A stretch of DNA of 64,000 bases, taken from NCBI GenBank assembly GCA_963708025.1, contig CAVPSB010000025.1, positions 192,001 through 256,000 on the forward strand, read 5' to 3'. Of this stretch, positions 1 to 9,957 are shown piece after piece; the first letter of the stretch is position 1, and each line of letters opens with the position of its first letter. The notes beneath the pieces were generated by a model. The model was not told the DNA's origin. It worked only from the letters and a program-made list of their open reading frames with translations, and did no database searches. The DNA is from an uncultured Candidatus Rokubacteria bacterium (lineage in GTDB: Bacteria > Methylomirabilota > Methylomirabilia > Rokubacteriales > DASRDR01). A program made the position numbers and the translations under genes.

Positions 1-402
1 AAGTCCGCCAACTACCTGAAGGCGTCCCAGTTCTGGAGCATCACGTCGCACGCCAAGCAGCCCAAAGAGGCCGCGATGTTCGTCGACTTCTTCACGAACT
101 CCCTCGAGGCGAACGACGCCCTGATGGCCGAGCGCGGGGTGCCGATCTCCAGCAAGGTGCGGCAGCACCTCCAGCCGAAGCTGGGGCGCTCCCAGGCGGA
201 GATGTTCGCCTACCTGGACCGGGTGGCCAAGGACGTCCAGCCCATCCCGCCGCCCGATCCTCCGGGGCACACCGAGATCGTCAAGAACGTGTTCGTCCCG
301 CAGGTGATGGATCCCGTGGCGTACGGGCGCCTCAGCCCCGAGAAGGGGGCCGCCCTCCTGCGGCAGGAGGTCAACACGATCCTGGCGAAGGCGAAGAAGT
401 AG
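1..402 (+). CDS. Carbohydrate ABC substrate-binding protein, C-terminal part
   Basis: Open frame from the window edge with an SBP-like C-terminus (PKEAAMFVDFF...); precedes two sugar permeases. Confidence 0.75.
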   Translation, partial: KSANYLKASQFWSITSHAKQPKEAAMFVDFFTNSLEANDALMAERGVPISSKVRQHLQPKLGRSQAEMFAYLDRVAKDVQPIPPPDPPGHTEIVKNVFVPQVMDPVAYGRLSPEKGAALLRQEVNTILAKAKK

Positions 403-499
403 CCACCACGGTGAACGGGCGCGGCGGGGAGCCGGGCCGCCGCGCCCGCGTGGCTCGGAGCCTGATGGACGAATCGCGCGAGCGGCGTGAGCGACGGGT

Positions 500-572
500 G
501 ACCGGAGGGGGGGCCCGGGGCCAAAGGCCGAAGGCCGTCCAAGGGAGCGCGCAGCTCCCCCCCGGCCCGGCT
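500..572. repeat. REP-like palindromic intergenic element
   Basis: ccggaggggggg...cccccccgg arms; ggccaaaggccgaaggcc also occurs at ~19863. Confidence 0.45.
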
Positions 573-589
573 GACCAGCGAGACGCAGC

Positions 590-1560
590 ATGAACGGGGC
601 GCGGGCGTCCTCCATCCCGGGTGAGGATCTCCTCCGCACCGGCGCGGGGGGCGAGCGGGCCGTGGCCCGCCGGTTCCGCCTCCGGAGCCACGACGGCGCC
701 GGGTATGCCTTCATCTCCCCGTGGCTGATCGGCTTCTTCGCCTTCACCCTGCTCCCCATCGCGGCGTCGCTCTACTTCGCCTTCACCGACTACGACATCC
801 TGACGGCGCCCCGGTGGGTCGGGATGGCGAACTTCCAGCGCATGTTCTTCGAGGACGCCCGGTACCTGCAGGCGGTCACGGTCACCCTCTTCTACGTGGC
901 CGTCGCCGTGCCCCTGCGGCTGGCCTTCGCGCTGGCGGTGGCGATCCTGCTCAACACGCACCGTCGCGGCGTCAGCGTGTACCGGGCCGCGTACTACGCC
1001 CCGTCGGTGGTGGCCGGCAGCGTGGCGGTCGCCGTCATGTGGCGGCAGGTGTTCGGGACCGAAGGCGTGGTCAACGCCCTCCTGGCCCTCCTGGGCGTCC
1101 CGCCCGTCCGGTGGCTCGGCCACCCCGACGTCGCCATCTGGACCCTGATCACGCTCGCGGTCTGGCAGTTCGGCTCCCCGATGCTCATCTTCCTGGCCGG
1201 GCTGCGGCAGATCCCCCCGAGCTCTACGAGGCGGCCGCCATCGACGGCGCGGGGACGTGGGCGCGCTTCCTCCGGATCACGCTGCCGATGCTCTCGCCGG
1301 TCACGTTCTTCAACCTCGTGATGCAGACCATCACCGGCTTCATGGTCTTCACCCAGGCCTTCATCGTCACCGGCGGCGGGCCCATGGACACCACCCTCTT
1401 CTACGCCCTCTACCTGTACCGGCGCGCCTTCGAGAGCTTCCAGATGGGCTACGCCTCGGCGATGGCGTGGGTGCTGCTGCTGGTGGTGGCCGCGTTCACG
1501 GCGCTCCTGTTCAAGTCGTCCGCCTACTGGGTCTTCTACGAGACGAAGGAGCGCCGGTGA
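590..1560 (+). CDS. Carbohydrate ABC permease (frameshift ~1215)
   Basis: GYAFISPWLIG N-terminus; EAA loop ELYEAAAIDGA lies in the shifted frame after a C-run. Confidence 0.9.
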
Positions 1561-2411
1561 CGACCGTCCGGGGTCGGAAGGAGCTGCTGCGCACCCTGGT
1601 CTACCACGGGGCGGTCGCCGGGCTGGGCTTCGTGATGCTCTATCCGATCCTGTGGCTGTTCGCCAGCTCCTTCAAGGGGCCGGCGGAGATCTGGGCCGAC
1701 ATGATGTCGCTGGTGCCGCGCCGCTTCAACCTGCAGAACTACGTCGGCGGGTGGGCCGGGTTCGGCGGCATCTCCTTCGCAACGTTCTACAAGAACTCGC
1801 TGATCTACGCCGGCGTGGGGACGGTGGCTGCCGTCGTGTCCTCGGCGGTGATCGCCTACGGGTTCGCGCGCCTCCGCTTCGCCGGGCGGGGGTTCTGGTT
1901 CGGCTGCATGCTGGTCACGCTGATGCTGCCGGTCCAGGTCATCATCATCCCGCAGTACGTCTTCTTCACGAAGCTCAACCTGGTGAACACGTTCTACCCG
2001 CTGCTGCTCCCCCGCTTCTTCGGCATGGCCTTCTTCGTCTTCATGATCATGCAGTTCATCCGAGGGATCCCCCGGGAGCTGGACGAGGCGGCCGAGATCG
2101 ACGGGTGCAGCCAGTTCGGGATCTTCTTCCGGATCATCCTGCCGCTGATCCGGCCCGCGCTGGTCACCGCGGCCATCTTCTCCTTCTACTGGACCTGGGA
2201 GGACTTCCTGACCCCGCTCGTGTACCTCAACGAGCCGAAGCTGTACACGGTGTCGGTGGCCCTCCGCTCGTTCGCGGATTCCACGGGGTCGACCGACTGG
2301 GGCGCGATCTTCGCCATGTCGGCCCTGTCCCTGGTTCCGGTCTTCGTCGTCTTCGTCGTCTTCCAGCGGTATCTCGTCGAAGGCATCAGCACCACGGGCA
2401 TGAAGGGCTAG
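1557..2411 (+). CDS. Carbohydrate ABC permease
   Basis: ELDEAAEIDG motif; FQRYLVEGI C-terminus; GTG start overlaps the upstream stop. Confidence 0.9.
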   Translation: MTTVRGRKELLRTLVYHGAVAGLGFVMLYPILWLFASSFKGPAEIWADMMSLVPRRFNLQNYVGGWAGFGGISFATFYKNSLIYAGVGTVAAVVSSAVIAYGFARLRFAGRGFWFGCMLVTLMLPVQVIIIPQYVFFTKLNLVNTFYPLLLPRFFGMAFFVFMIMQFIRGIPRELDEAAEIDGCSQFGIFFRIILPLIRPALVTAAIFSFYWTWEDFLTPLVYLNEPKLYTVSVALRSFADSTGSTDWGAIFAMSALSLVPVFVVFVVFQRYLVEGISTTGMKG

Positions 2412-2418
2412 CGGGGTC

Positions 2419-3457
2419 GTGACCCCGCGGCCGGCTATCCGCTTCGCGGTCATCGGGCTCAACCACGCCCACATCTACGCCCAGACGAACCTGCTGCTCC
2501 GGGCCGGGGCGGAGCTGGTGGCCTTCCACGCCGCCGAGTCCGACCTGGCCGCCGAGTTCGCCGGCCGCTATCCGCGGGCTCGCCGGGCCGCCGGGTGGCG
2601 CGAGATCCTGGAGGACGAGCGCATCCAGCTCGTGGTGAGCGCGGCCGTCCCGTGCGATCGGGCCCCGCTGGGGATCGAGGCGATGCGGCACGGGAAGGAC
2701 TACATGAGCGACAAGCCCGCCGTCACCACTCGGGAGCAGCTGGCCGAGGTCCGGCGCGTGCAGGCGGAGACCCGACGGATCTTCTCGGTGTGCTTCAGCG
2801 AGCGCTTCGAGAACCCGGCCACGGTGCGGGCGGGGGAGCTGGTGAAGGCCGGTGCCATCGGGAAGGTCGTCCAGACGGTCGGCCTGGGCCCCCACCGGCT
2901 CAACGCGCCGAGCCGCCCCCCGTGGTTCTTCCGGCGGGACCGGTACGGCGGCATCCTCGCCGACATCGCCGCCCACCAGGCCGACCAGTTCCTGTTTTTC
3001 ACCGGCTCGACGGAGGCGGAGGTGGTGGCCGCCCAGGTCGCCAACTGGAAGTTCCCGCGGTGGCCGGAGTTCGAGGACTTCGGGGAGATGCTGGTGCGAG
3101 GCAACGGGGGGACCGGCTACATCCGGGTGGACTGGTACACGCCCGACGGGCTCCCCACCTGGGGGGACGGGCGGCTGGTGATTCTCGGGACCGAGGGGTA
3201 CATCGAGCTGCGCAAGTACGTGGACGTCGCCGGGCGTCCCGGCGGCGATCACCTGTTCCTGGTCGAACGGGACGGGGATGCGCCACGTCGACTGCCGCGA
3301 CGGCGACCTCCCCTACGGCCGGCAGCTCGTTGCCGACGTCGTCGACCGGACGGAGACCGCCATGGCGCAGGACCACTGCTTCCTGGCCTGCCGGCTGGTG
3401 CTGGAGGCGGAGGCCATGGCCACGCGACTGGGACACCTCCGGGAGGGCGCCGGGTGA
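2419..3457 (+). CDS. Gfo/Idh/MocA oxidoreductase (frameshift ~3275)
   Basis: AVIGLNHAHI, DKP and GGILADIAAHQ motifs; TGA at 3455-3457 in the shifted frame. Confidence 0.85.
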
Positions 3458-4560
3458 CCGCGCGGCTGCGGGTGGCCGTGGTCGGCGGCGGCATCGGCCG
3501 GCAGCACGTCGAGGCCTACCAGAGCCTGCCCGAGCGGTTCGAGGTGGCGGCGATCTGCGACGTGGACGAGGCCCGGGCCCGCGAGCTGGCCGCGGCGCAC
3601 GGGGTCCCGCGCGTCCTGACGGACTTCGACGCGATCTGCCGGATGGACGACCTGGACGTCGTCGACATCTGCACGCCGCCCTACCTGCACGCCGAGCAGG
3701 CCCTCCAGGCCCTGGACGCAGGCCGACACGTGATCTGCGAGAAGCCGCTGGCCGGCTCGCTCGCGCGGGTCGACGAGGTGATCGCCGCCGAGAAGCGCTC
3801 CGGCCGGCGCCTGATGCCGATCTTCCAGTACCGCTTCGGCCACGGGCTCCAGAAGCTCCGGCTCCTGATCGAGGCGGGGGTCGCCGGCCGCGCGTACCTG
3901 ACGACGGTGGAGACCGCCTGGCGGCGCCGCCCGGCCTACTACGCGGTGCCGTGGCGGTCCCGGTGGAAGACGGAGCTCGGCGGGCCGATCGTGAACCTGG
4001 CCGTCCACGGCCACGACCTGGTCTACCACGTGCTGGGCCCGGCCCGGAGCGTGTACGCGTGCCTGACCACGCTCGTGAATCCGATCGAGACGGAGGACTG
4101 CGTGTCGGCCTCGCTCGAGATGGCCGACGGGTCGCTCTGCTCGCTGTCGGTCACGACGGGCTCGGCGGACGAGATCAGCCGGCATCGCTTCTGCTTCCGG
4201 AACCTGAGCGCCGAGAGCCACACCGCGCCGTACCGGAGCTCGGCCGACCCGTGGAAGTTCACCGGCGACTCGCCGGAGATCGACCAGCGGATCGAGGAGA
4301 CCCTGCGCCGATTCGTCCCCCAGCTCGAAGGCTTCGCCGGCCAGTTCGACCGCTTCCACCAGGCGCTGGCCACCGGCACCGAGCTACCCGTCACCCTGGC
4401 GGATGCCCGGGCGTCCGTCGAGCTGATGACCGCGCTCTACCACGCGGCCTGGACCCGCCAGCCGGCCACCCTGCCGCTCGGGACGGATCATCCCCTCTAC
4501 GGCGGCTGGCAGCCCTTAACGCTCCCGCTCAGCGGGCCGGGGCGAGCCCCGGTCCGTTGA
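3454..4560 (+). CDS. Gfo/Idh/MocA oxidoreductase
   Basis: VAVVGGGIG and HVICEKP motifs; last codons run through the attC. Confidence 0.9.
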   Translation: MTARLRVAVVGGGIGRQHVEAYQSLPERFEVAAICDVDEARARELAAAHGVPRVLTDFDAICRMDDLDVVDICTPPYLHAEQALQALDAGRHVICEKPLAGSLARVDEVIAAEKRSGRRLMPIFQYRFGHGLQKLRLLIEAGVAGRAYLTTVETAWRRRPAYYAVPWRSRWKTELGGPIVNLAVHGHDLVYHVLGPARSVYACLTTLVNPIETEDCVSASLEMADGSLCSLSVTTGSADEISRHRFCFRNLSAESHTAPYRSSADPWKFTGDSPEIDQRIEETLRRFVPQLEGFAGQFDRFHQALATGTELPVTLADARASVELMTALYHAAWTRQPATLPLGTDHPLYGGWQPLTLPLSGPGRAPVR

Positions 4561-4574
4561 AGCTGATGTTGGGC
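4514..4574 (-). mobile_element. Integron attC recombination site
   Basis: Minus strand GCCCAAC-ATCAG-CTTCAACGG-ACCGGGGCTCGCCCCGGC-CCGCTGAG-CGGGAGC-GTTAAGG: 61 bp with an RYYYAAC core, a GTT core, paired L boxes and a central hairpin. Confidence 0.75.
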
Positions 4575-4655
4575 CGCTCAGCGTTTGCCTCCGAGATCAA
4601 CTCGGAGCCACGGAGCCTCGCCTCATGAGCGGGCATCCTGGCACCGCCTCGACCA

Positions 4656-5627
4656 TCATTCGATCCGGCGATTCGCGAACAGTAGCGTTGCCGACGGCAG
4701 GGTGATGCCGAGCGCGGCCGCCGTCCTCATGTTGAGGACCAGCTCGAACTGGGTTGGCTGCTCGATCGGTAGCTCCGCGGTCCTGGCGCCGCGAAGCAGC
4801 TTGTCTGCATAGGCGGCGAGGCGCACATACGCTTGGCGCTGGTTTGCTCCGTAGCTCATGAGTCCACCCGCGTCGGCATACTCGCTCCAGCCGAACATCG
4901 AGGGTAGCCGCTCGGCGATGGCGAACCGTGCGATCTTGGCCCGCGCCACCATGGTGGCGCCTTCTGGGAAAACCACCATCGCGTCGGCCCTGGCGTCGCG
5001 CAGCGCCGAAAGTCCGCTGTCGAGTTGGGCTCCGCCCGTGAACGGTATGTAGCTCACGGCGAGCCCGAGGGCCCGTGCAGCCTCCTCCGTAGCCCGGCGC
5101 TCGGAGGGCTCCCCTGGGTGATCCGTGTTCGAGAGCAGCGCCAGCTTGCGGATCTGTGGCACGGCCTGCTTGAGAAGTTCGACCCGTTTTGCCGCGATCT
5201 CGAGGGAGAGGAACGTCAGACCTGTGAAATTCCCGCCGGGCCGCCCGAGGCTTGCCGCCAAGCCCAGCTCGACGGGATCACCGCTTATCGCGAACAGAAC
5301 GGGAATGTCCCGCGCTCCCCTGATCGCTCGGATCGCGGGGCCGCTTGACACGATGAAGGCGACTTTCGACTGCGTCAGTTCGGCCACCGCCGTCCGGAGC
5401 GCTTCAAGATCGCGCGTGTAGCGTAGATCCAGAATCACGCTCTGACCCTCGACGTAGCCATGCTGGCGCAGGCCCTCGCGGAACCCGTCGATGAATGGGT
5501 CCGGCTGGGCCTCGGTGGAGATCCACCCGATGCGTGCAGGAAGACCCCGCGGCGGTTGGGCGCCCGCAGGACATGGCACGACCGCCGCGGCGATTCCGAC
5601 TAGGAACGCGCGTCTGTCGATCGCCAT
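4656..5627 (-). CDS. Stand-alone ABC substrate-binding protein (ABC_sub_bind type); putative gene cassette
   Basis: DRRAFL signal, SLGRPGGNFTG, GGLMSYG and LPIEQPTQFELVLN motifs; more A/T-ending codons than neighbours. Confidence 0.9.
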   Translation of the reverse strand: MAIDRRAFLVGIAAAVVPCPAGAQPPRGLPARIGWISTEAQPDPFIDGFREGLRQHGYVEGQSVILDLRYTRDLEALRTAVAELTQSKVAFIVSSGPAIRAIRGARDIPVLFAISGDPVELGLAASLGRPGGNFTGLTFLSLEIAAKRVELLKQAVPQIRKLALLSNTDHPGEPSERRATEEAARALGLAVSYIPFTGGAQLDSGLSALRDARADAMVVFPEGATMVARAKIARFAIAERLPSMFGWSEYADAGGLMSYGANQRQAYVRLAAYADKLLRGARTAELPIEQPTQFELVLNMRTAAALGITLPSATLLFANRRIE

Positions 5628-5771
5628 GCGGGAAGTATTTTCCTGGAGGAGGTCACGGACCATCCGCCCATCCGGTCCCGGTCCGCCCAGTGAGGCTTCA
5701 GCTGCGAAAGCCCGAGCAAGGCGAGGGTTTCCGCAGCCAAAAGCCTGAGTGTAGATCCGTGTAGATCATTC

Positions 5772-5852
5772 TTCTTCCACGGAGAGCGCCACCCCCGCCA
5801 ACATGGGGCGGCGGAGATCACGGGCTTCCTGACGTCGCTGGCCGTCGATGGC
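5772..5852 (+). pseudogene. intI: Integron integrase N-terminal (SAM-like) fragment
   Basis: Translates FFHGERHPRQHGAAEITGFLTSLAVDG, resembling the IntI FHGKRHP.EMG..E...FL..LAV motif. Confidence 0.7.
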
Positions 5853-6147
5853 CTGCCCTCTTCGCCGGCGACGATAACCCATCTGCCCACGCCGGGCAAT
5901 CCGCTCCTGCGGCGCTCGCACCATCAGATGGCACGAGGCGTGCCCACGGGGACGTGCCCCGTTCGCGTCTTTGCGGCAAGGGTGTGCCGTCGAGCGTGAT
6001 CACGAGGCGTGTGTGCGGCTCGGAGCGGAGCGCCCCGGTCGGGTGGCCGGGGTCGGGGGGTTGCGAGGCCTGACGGCATCGTCTCACCCGGCGACTCGCC
6101 TGGGCGCGTTGCGGCGCGGCGGGGGGGCCGCTATTCTGGGCGGCGGC

Positions 6148-7251
6148 ATGCTGGCGGCCGTGATGTTCCTGGTGAGCTTCGCGTGGTCGTCGGTCTACGT
6201 CGGGCTCCCGTTCTACATCGAGCGCATCACCCGGCTGGATCCGGCGGCGACCGTCACCTGGACCGGCTGGATCCTCGGCATCTCCTCGCTGGTCGCGGTG
6301 GTGGCGAGCCCGCTCTGGGGGCGCTACGCGGCCCACGGCGACCCGCGCACGGTGTGGGTCGTGCTGCAGGTGCTCCAGGGGATCGGCTTCCTGGCGGCGG
6401 CCTTCGCCGACTCCCTGCCCGAGCTCTTCGGCGCGCGGTTCCTCCTCGGCGCGGTGGGCGCCACCTCCACGCTGGCCTTCATGCTGGCCGGCCAGGCGCC
6501 CGACCCCGCCGAGCGCCGCCGGAAGCTCGCGCTGATCCAGTCGGCCAACACGGCCGGCCAGGTCGTCGCCCCCCTGGTCGGCGCCGTCGCCGCCACCCGG
6601 CTCGGGTTCCGGCTGTCCTTCGCCCTCGGCGGGCTGCTCCTGGCCGTCTGCGCGGCGCTCGTCCAGTGGGGCGTGCCGCCGGGGCGGCCCATGGATCCCA
6701 CGGTCGCCGCCCGCCGCCGGCGGGCCCCCACGCGGCTGGTCGTGCTGATGTCCGCCGTGGTCCTGGTAGGGGCTGCCCAGGAGGCGTTCCTGGCGGCGAT
6801 CCTGCCGCGCGTCCTGCCCGGACTCGGCGTCCACCCCGAGCGCCTCGTGGAGAGCGCCGGCGTGCTGGTCTTCGTCTCGGGGGCCGCCGCCGCGATCGGC
6901 GGGCTGGCCGCGCCGCGACTGGCGGCCGAGGTGCCGTCACGCCGCCTCCTGCCGCTGCTCCTGGCCGGCTCCTCGGTGACGCTGGTCGCGTTCGCGGCCG
7001 CCGGCTCGCTCTGGCTCTACACGGTGCTGCGCGTCGTGCAGGCGCTCTGCATCGCCCCCCTCTTCCCCCTGGTGGTCGCCCGGATGAGCCGCCACGGGGA
7101 GGCGATCGGCATCCTCAACTCCGCCCGCGCCGGCGGGAACTTCATGGGACCCGTGGTGGCGACCATGGTCCTGGGCTGGGGGTCGCCGTGGATCGTCTAC
7201 CTGCTGCTGGGGGTGGCGGGGCTGGCCATGGCGCCCTGGAGCCGTCGCTGA
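6148..7251 (+). CDS. MFS transporter
   Basis: Multiple TM helices; ASPLWGRYA motif. Confidence 0.85.
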   Translation: MLAAVMFLVSFAWSSVYVGLPFYIERITRLDPAATVTWTGWILGISSLVAVVASPLWGRYAAHGDPRTVWVVLQVLQGIGFLAAAFADSLPELFGARFLLGAVGATSTLAFMLAGQAPDPAERRRKLALIQSANTAGQVVAPLVGAVAATRLGFRLSFALGGLLLAVCAALVQWGVPPGRPMDPTVAARRRRAPTRLVVLMSAVVLVGAAQEAFLAAILPRVLPGLGVHPERLVESAGVLVFVSGAAAAIGGLAAPRLAAEVPSRRLLPLLLAGSSVTLVAFAAAGSLWLYTVLRVVQALCIAPLFPLVVARMSRHGEAIGILNSARAGGNFMGPVVATMVLGWGSPWIVYLLLGVAGLAMAPWSRR

Positions 7252-7293
7252 CCGAGTCCCCTCTCCCCGCGACCGCCTCTCCCCGCGACCGCC

Positions 7294-7323
7294 TTGACAC
7301 CCGGCCGCGCGGCAACCTAGAGT
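7294..7323 (+). promoter_or_regulatory. Sigma70-like promoter
   Basis: TTGACA-N18-TAGAGT upstream of the SBP gene, preceded by direct repeat ctctccccgcgaccgc x2. Confidence 0.55.
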
Positions 7324-7379
7324 CCCTTCCGGAGACACTGACAACCGTCCCTGGCCCGCCGCGCTCCGAGGAGGACACC

Positions 7380-8930
7380 ATGCGCGAATCCATCCGCTCC
7401 ACGATGAGCCGCCGCCGGTTCCTCTCGATCGCCGCCGCCACCGCCGCCTCCGCGCGCCTGGCGGCCGCCCAGCCGCGCCGCACCGGCGGCACGTTCATCT
7501 CGGCCAAGACGACCGAGGCCCCGAGCCTCGACCCGATCCTCGAGCAGGCCCTCTCGCGCCACCGCCTGGACCCGCTCTTCTACAACCGCCTCGTCGAGTG
7601 GGGGGCCGACGGCAAGCTCGAGCCGTCCCTGGCCGAGTCCTGGACCACGAGCCCGGACGGCAAGACCTGGACCTTCAAGCTCCGCCGCGGGGTGAAGTTC
7701 CACAACGGCCGGGAGTTCGTCGCCGACGACGTGAAGTACACCTACGAGCGCGTCCTCGACCCCAAGATCGGCTCCGGCGGCCGCGGCTACCTCACCGCGA
7801 TCGACGGCATCGAGGCGCCCGACAAGTCCACGGTGCGGCTCCACACGCTCCAGCCGAGCGCCTCGCTGCTGGCCGGGCTGGCCGGCAACTGGCAGTCCAT
7901 CGTGCCCCGCGAGGAGATCGAGAAGCGGGGCGACCTCCGCCGCGCCGCGGTCGGCACCGGGCCGTTCATCCTCCAGGAGTGGGTGCCCCAGAGCCACCTC
8001 AAGGCGCGCAAGAACCCGGACTACTGGGACAAGGGCAAGCCCTACGTTGACGCGATCGAGATCAAGATCATCCCCGACGAGGGGAACATCATCGCCCAGC
8101 TCCGCACCGGGAACGTCCACCACGCGCTGCTCGAGGACAACAAGAACTACCTGCTCGTGAAGGACGACAAGCGGCTGACGGCCCTCCGCTCGCCGCGCCT
8201 GGGCTTCGACATGGTCAACATCAACCACGGGCGGAAGCCGTTCGATGACGTGCGCGTGCGCCAGGCTCTCGCGCTGGCGGTGGATCGCAACGAGGTCCTC
8301 CAGGCTGCCGCGTCAGGGCTCGGCTCGGTCACCGGGCCGCTCACCCCGGCCATGAAGCCGTGGGCGCTCCCGGTGGAGGCGTTCAAGGAGTGGTACACGC
8401 CCAACCCCGAGCGGGCGAAGAAGCTCCTGGCCGACGCCGGCTTCCACAACGGCCTCAAGACCACGCTCAAGGTGATCCCGACGTTCCCGACGATGGTCGC
8501 CGGGGCCCAGGTGATCGCGGCCCAGCTCAAGAAGATCGGGGTGGAGGCCCAGATCATCCAGGAGGAGTACGGGGTCTGGATCAAGAACATCATCAAGCCG
8601 AACTTCAACTTCGACCTCACCATGAACATCACCAACGGGGAGCCCGACCCCGACTCGCTCTGCTACCGGCGGTTCCACTCGGTGGAGAAGCAGTGGAACA
8701 ACGACGGGGACCCCGAGATCGACGCGCTCCTCGACCAGGGGAAGCTCAGCATCGACCAGGCCAAGCGCAAGGAAGTCTACGACCGCATGCAGCGGCTCAT
8801 GGTCGAGAAGGCGATCATGATCTGGACCTTCTCGCCGGACATGATCGACGTCACCCAGAGCTACGTCCACTACCAGCAGCACTTCACCACGGCCTACTAC
8901 GGCTTCCGCACGGTCTGGCTGGAGAAGTAG
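7380..8930 (+). CDS. Peptide/nickel ABC substrate-binding protein (family 5, Tat signal)
   Basis: GAGGAGG RBS; SRRRFL; TFKLRRGVKFHNG; GTGPF. Confidence 0.92.
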   Translation: MRESIRSTMSRRRFLSIAAATAASARLAAAQPRRTGGTFISAKTTEAPSLDPILEQALSRHRLDPLFYNRLVEWGADGKLEPSLAESWTTSPDGKTWTFKLRRGVKFHNGREFVADDVKYTYERVLDPKIGSGGRGYLTAIDGIEAPDKSTVRLHTLQPSASLLAGLAGNWQSIVPREEIEKRGDLRRAAVGTGPFILQEWVPQSHLKARKNPDYWDKGKPYVDAIEIKIIPDEGNIIAQLRTGNVHHALLEDNKNYLLVKDDKRLTALRSPRLGFDMVNINHGRKPFDDVRVRQALALAVDRNEVLQAAASGLGSVTGPLTPAMKPWALPVEAFKEWYTPNPERAKKLLADAGFHNGLKTTLKVIPTFPTMVAGAQVIAAQLKKIGVEAQIIQEEYGVWIKNIIKPNFNFDLTMNITNGEPDPDSLCYRRFHSVEKQWNNDGDPEIDALLDQGKLSIDQAKRKEVYDRMQRLMVEKAIMIWTFSPDMIDVTQSYVHYQQHFTTAYYGFRTVWLEK

Positions 8931-8934
8931 GCTC

Positions 8935-8988
8935 CTCTCTCCCGCCGGCCCCACCCTCTCCCTCCCTCGGGAGGGAGAGGGAGCGGAT
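8935..8988. repeat. REP-like CCCTCTCCC/GGGAGAGGG hairpin
   Basis: ccctctccctccc-tc-gggagggagaggg. Confidence 0.65.
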
Positions 8989-9005
8989 AGCTGCCCGGAG
9001 CCTCC

Positions 9006-9957
9006 ATGCGCCGGTACGTCCTGATCCGCGTGCTCTCGCTCGTGCCCACCCTCCTGGGCGTGAGCGTGGCCGTCTTCCTCCTGATCCGCCTGATCCCGGG
9101 CACCGTCGTCGACCAGATGATCGGGACCGAGGGGTCCTACAGCGAGGAGACGGTGCGGGCGCTCCGGGCGTTCTTCGGCCTGGACGTCCCGGTCCACGTC
9201 CAGTACCTCCGCTGGATGGGCGGGGTGCTCCGGGGCGACCTCGGGACGAGCTGGCGGACGGGGCTCCCGGTGCTCCAGATGATCCTGAGCCGCCTCCAGG
9301 TGACCGTCGAGCTGACCCTGGCCGCCATGCTGGTCGCGCTCGCGGTCGGGGTGCCCCTCGGCATGCTCTCGGCCCGGCGCGAGAACACCGCCCTCGACCA
9401 CGTGGTCCGGGTGGTCAGCCTCTTCAGCCTCTCCATCCCGGTCTTCTGGCAGGCCGCCATGCTGATCCTGGCCGTCTCGCTCTGGCTCAACTGGGCCCCG
9501 GCGGTGGACTTCGTCCCCCCGTGGACCGACCCGCTGCGCAACCTCGGCATCATGGCCTTGCCGGCCCTCGCCCTCGGCACCGCGGTGGCCGCGGTCTTCA
9601 TGCGGATGACGCGCTCCTCGCTGCTGGAGGTCATGCGCCAGGACTACATCCGGACGGCGCGGTCCAAGGGGCTGCCCGAGCGAGGGCATCGTGTGGAGCC
9701 ACGCGCTCAAGAACAGCCTGATCCCGCTCATCACGGTGGCCGGCGTCCAGGTCGGCTACCTCCTGGGCGGCGTCGTCGTCACCGAGGAGGTGTTCACGCT
9801 GCCGGGCGTCGGGCGGCTCCTCCTGTGGGGCGTCTTCCAGCGCGACTACCCGCTGGTCCAGGGGACTATCCTGTTCATCAGCGCGCTCTTCATGCTCTCG
9901 AACCTGCTCGTCGACCTCGTCTACGCCTGGGTCGACCCGCGGATCCGCTATGCCTGA
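9006..9957 (+). CDS. Peptide ABC permease, DppB-like (frameshift ~9684)
   Basis: DYIRTARSKGL, then HALKNSLIP and DPRIRY in the shifted frame. Confidence 0.9.

Noticed and set aside
2419-4560. 713-aa double Gfo/Idh/MocA fusion
   Set aside because: A frameshift near 3275 joins two genes that have their own stop and start (GTGA overlap at 3454-3457)
5749-5768. GTGTAGATC direct repeat as an attI or regulator site
   Set aside because: Only two short copies and no clear attI core
6009-8930. Long ORFs such as 973 aa, 1173 aa (25314-28835) and 1131 aa (58518-61913)
   Set aside because: High-GC shadow frames or frameshift read-through; the extra parts are Arg/Pro/Gly-rich with no motifs
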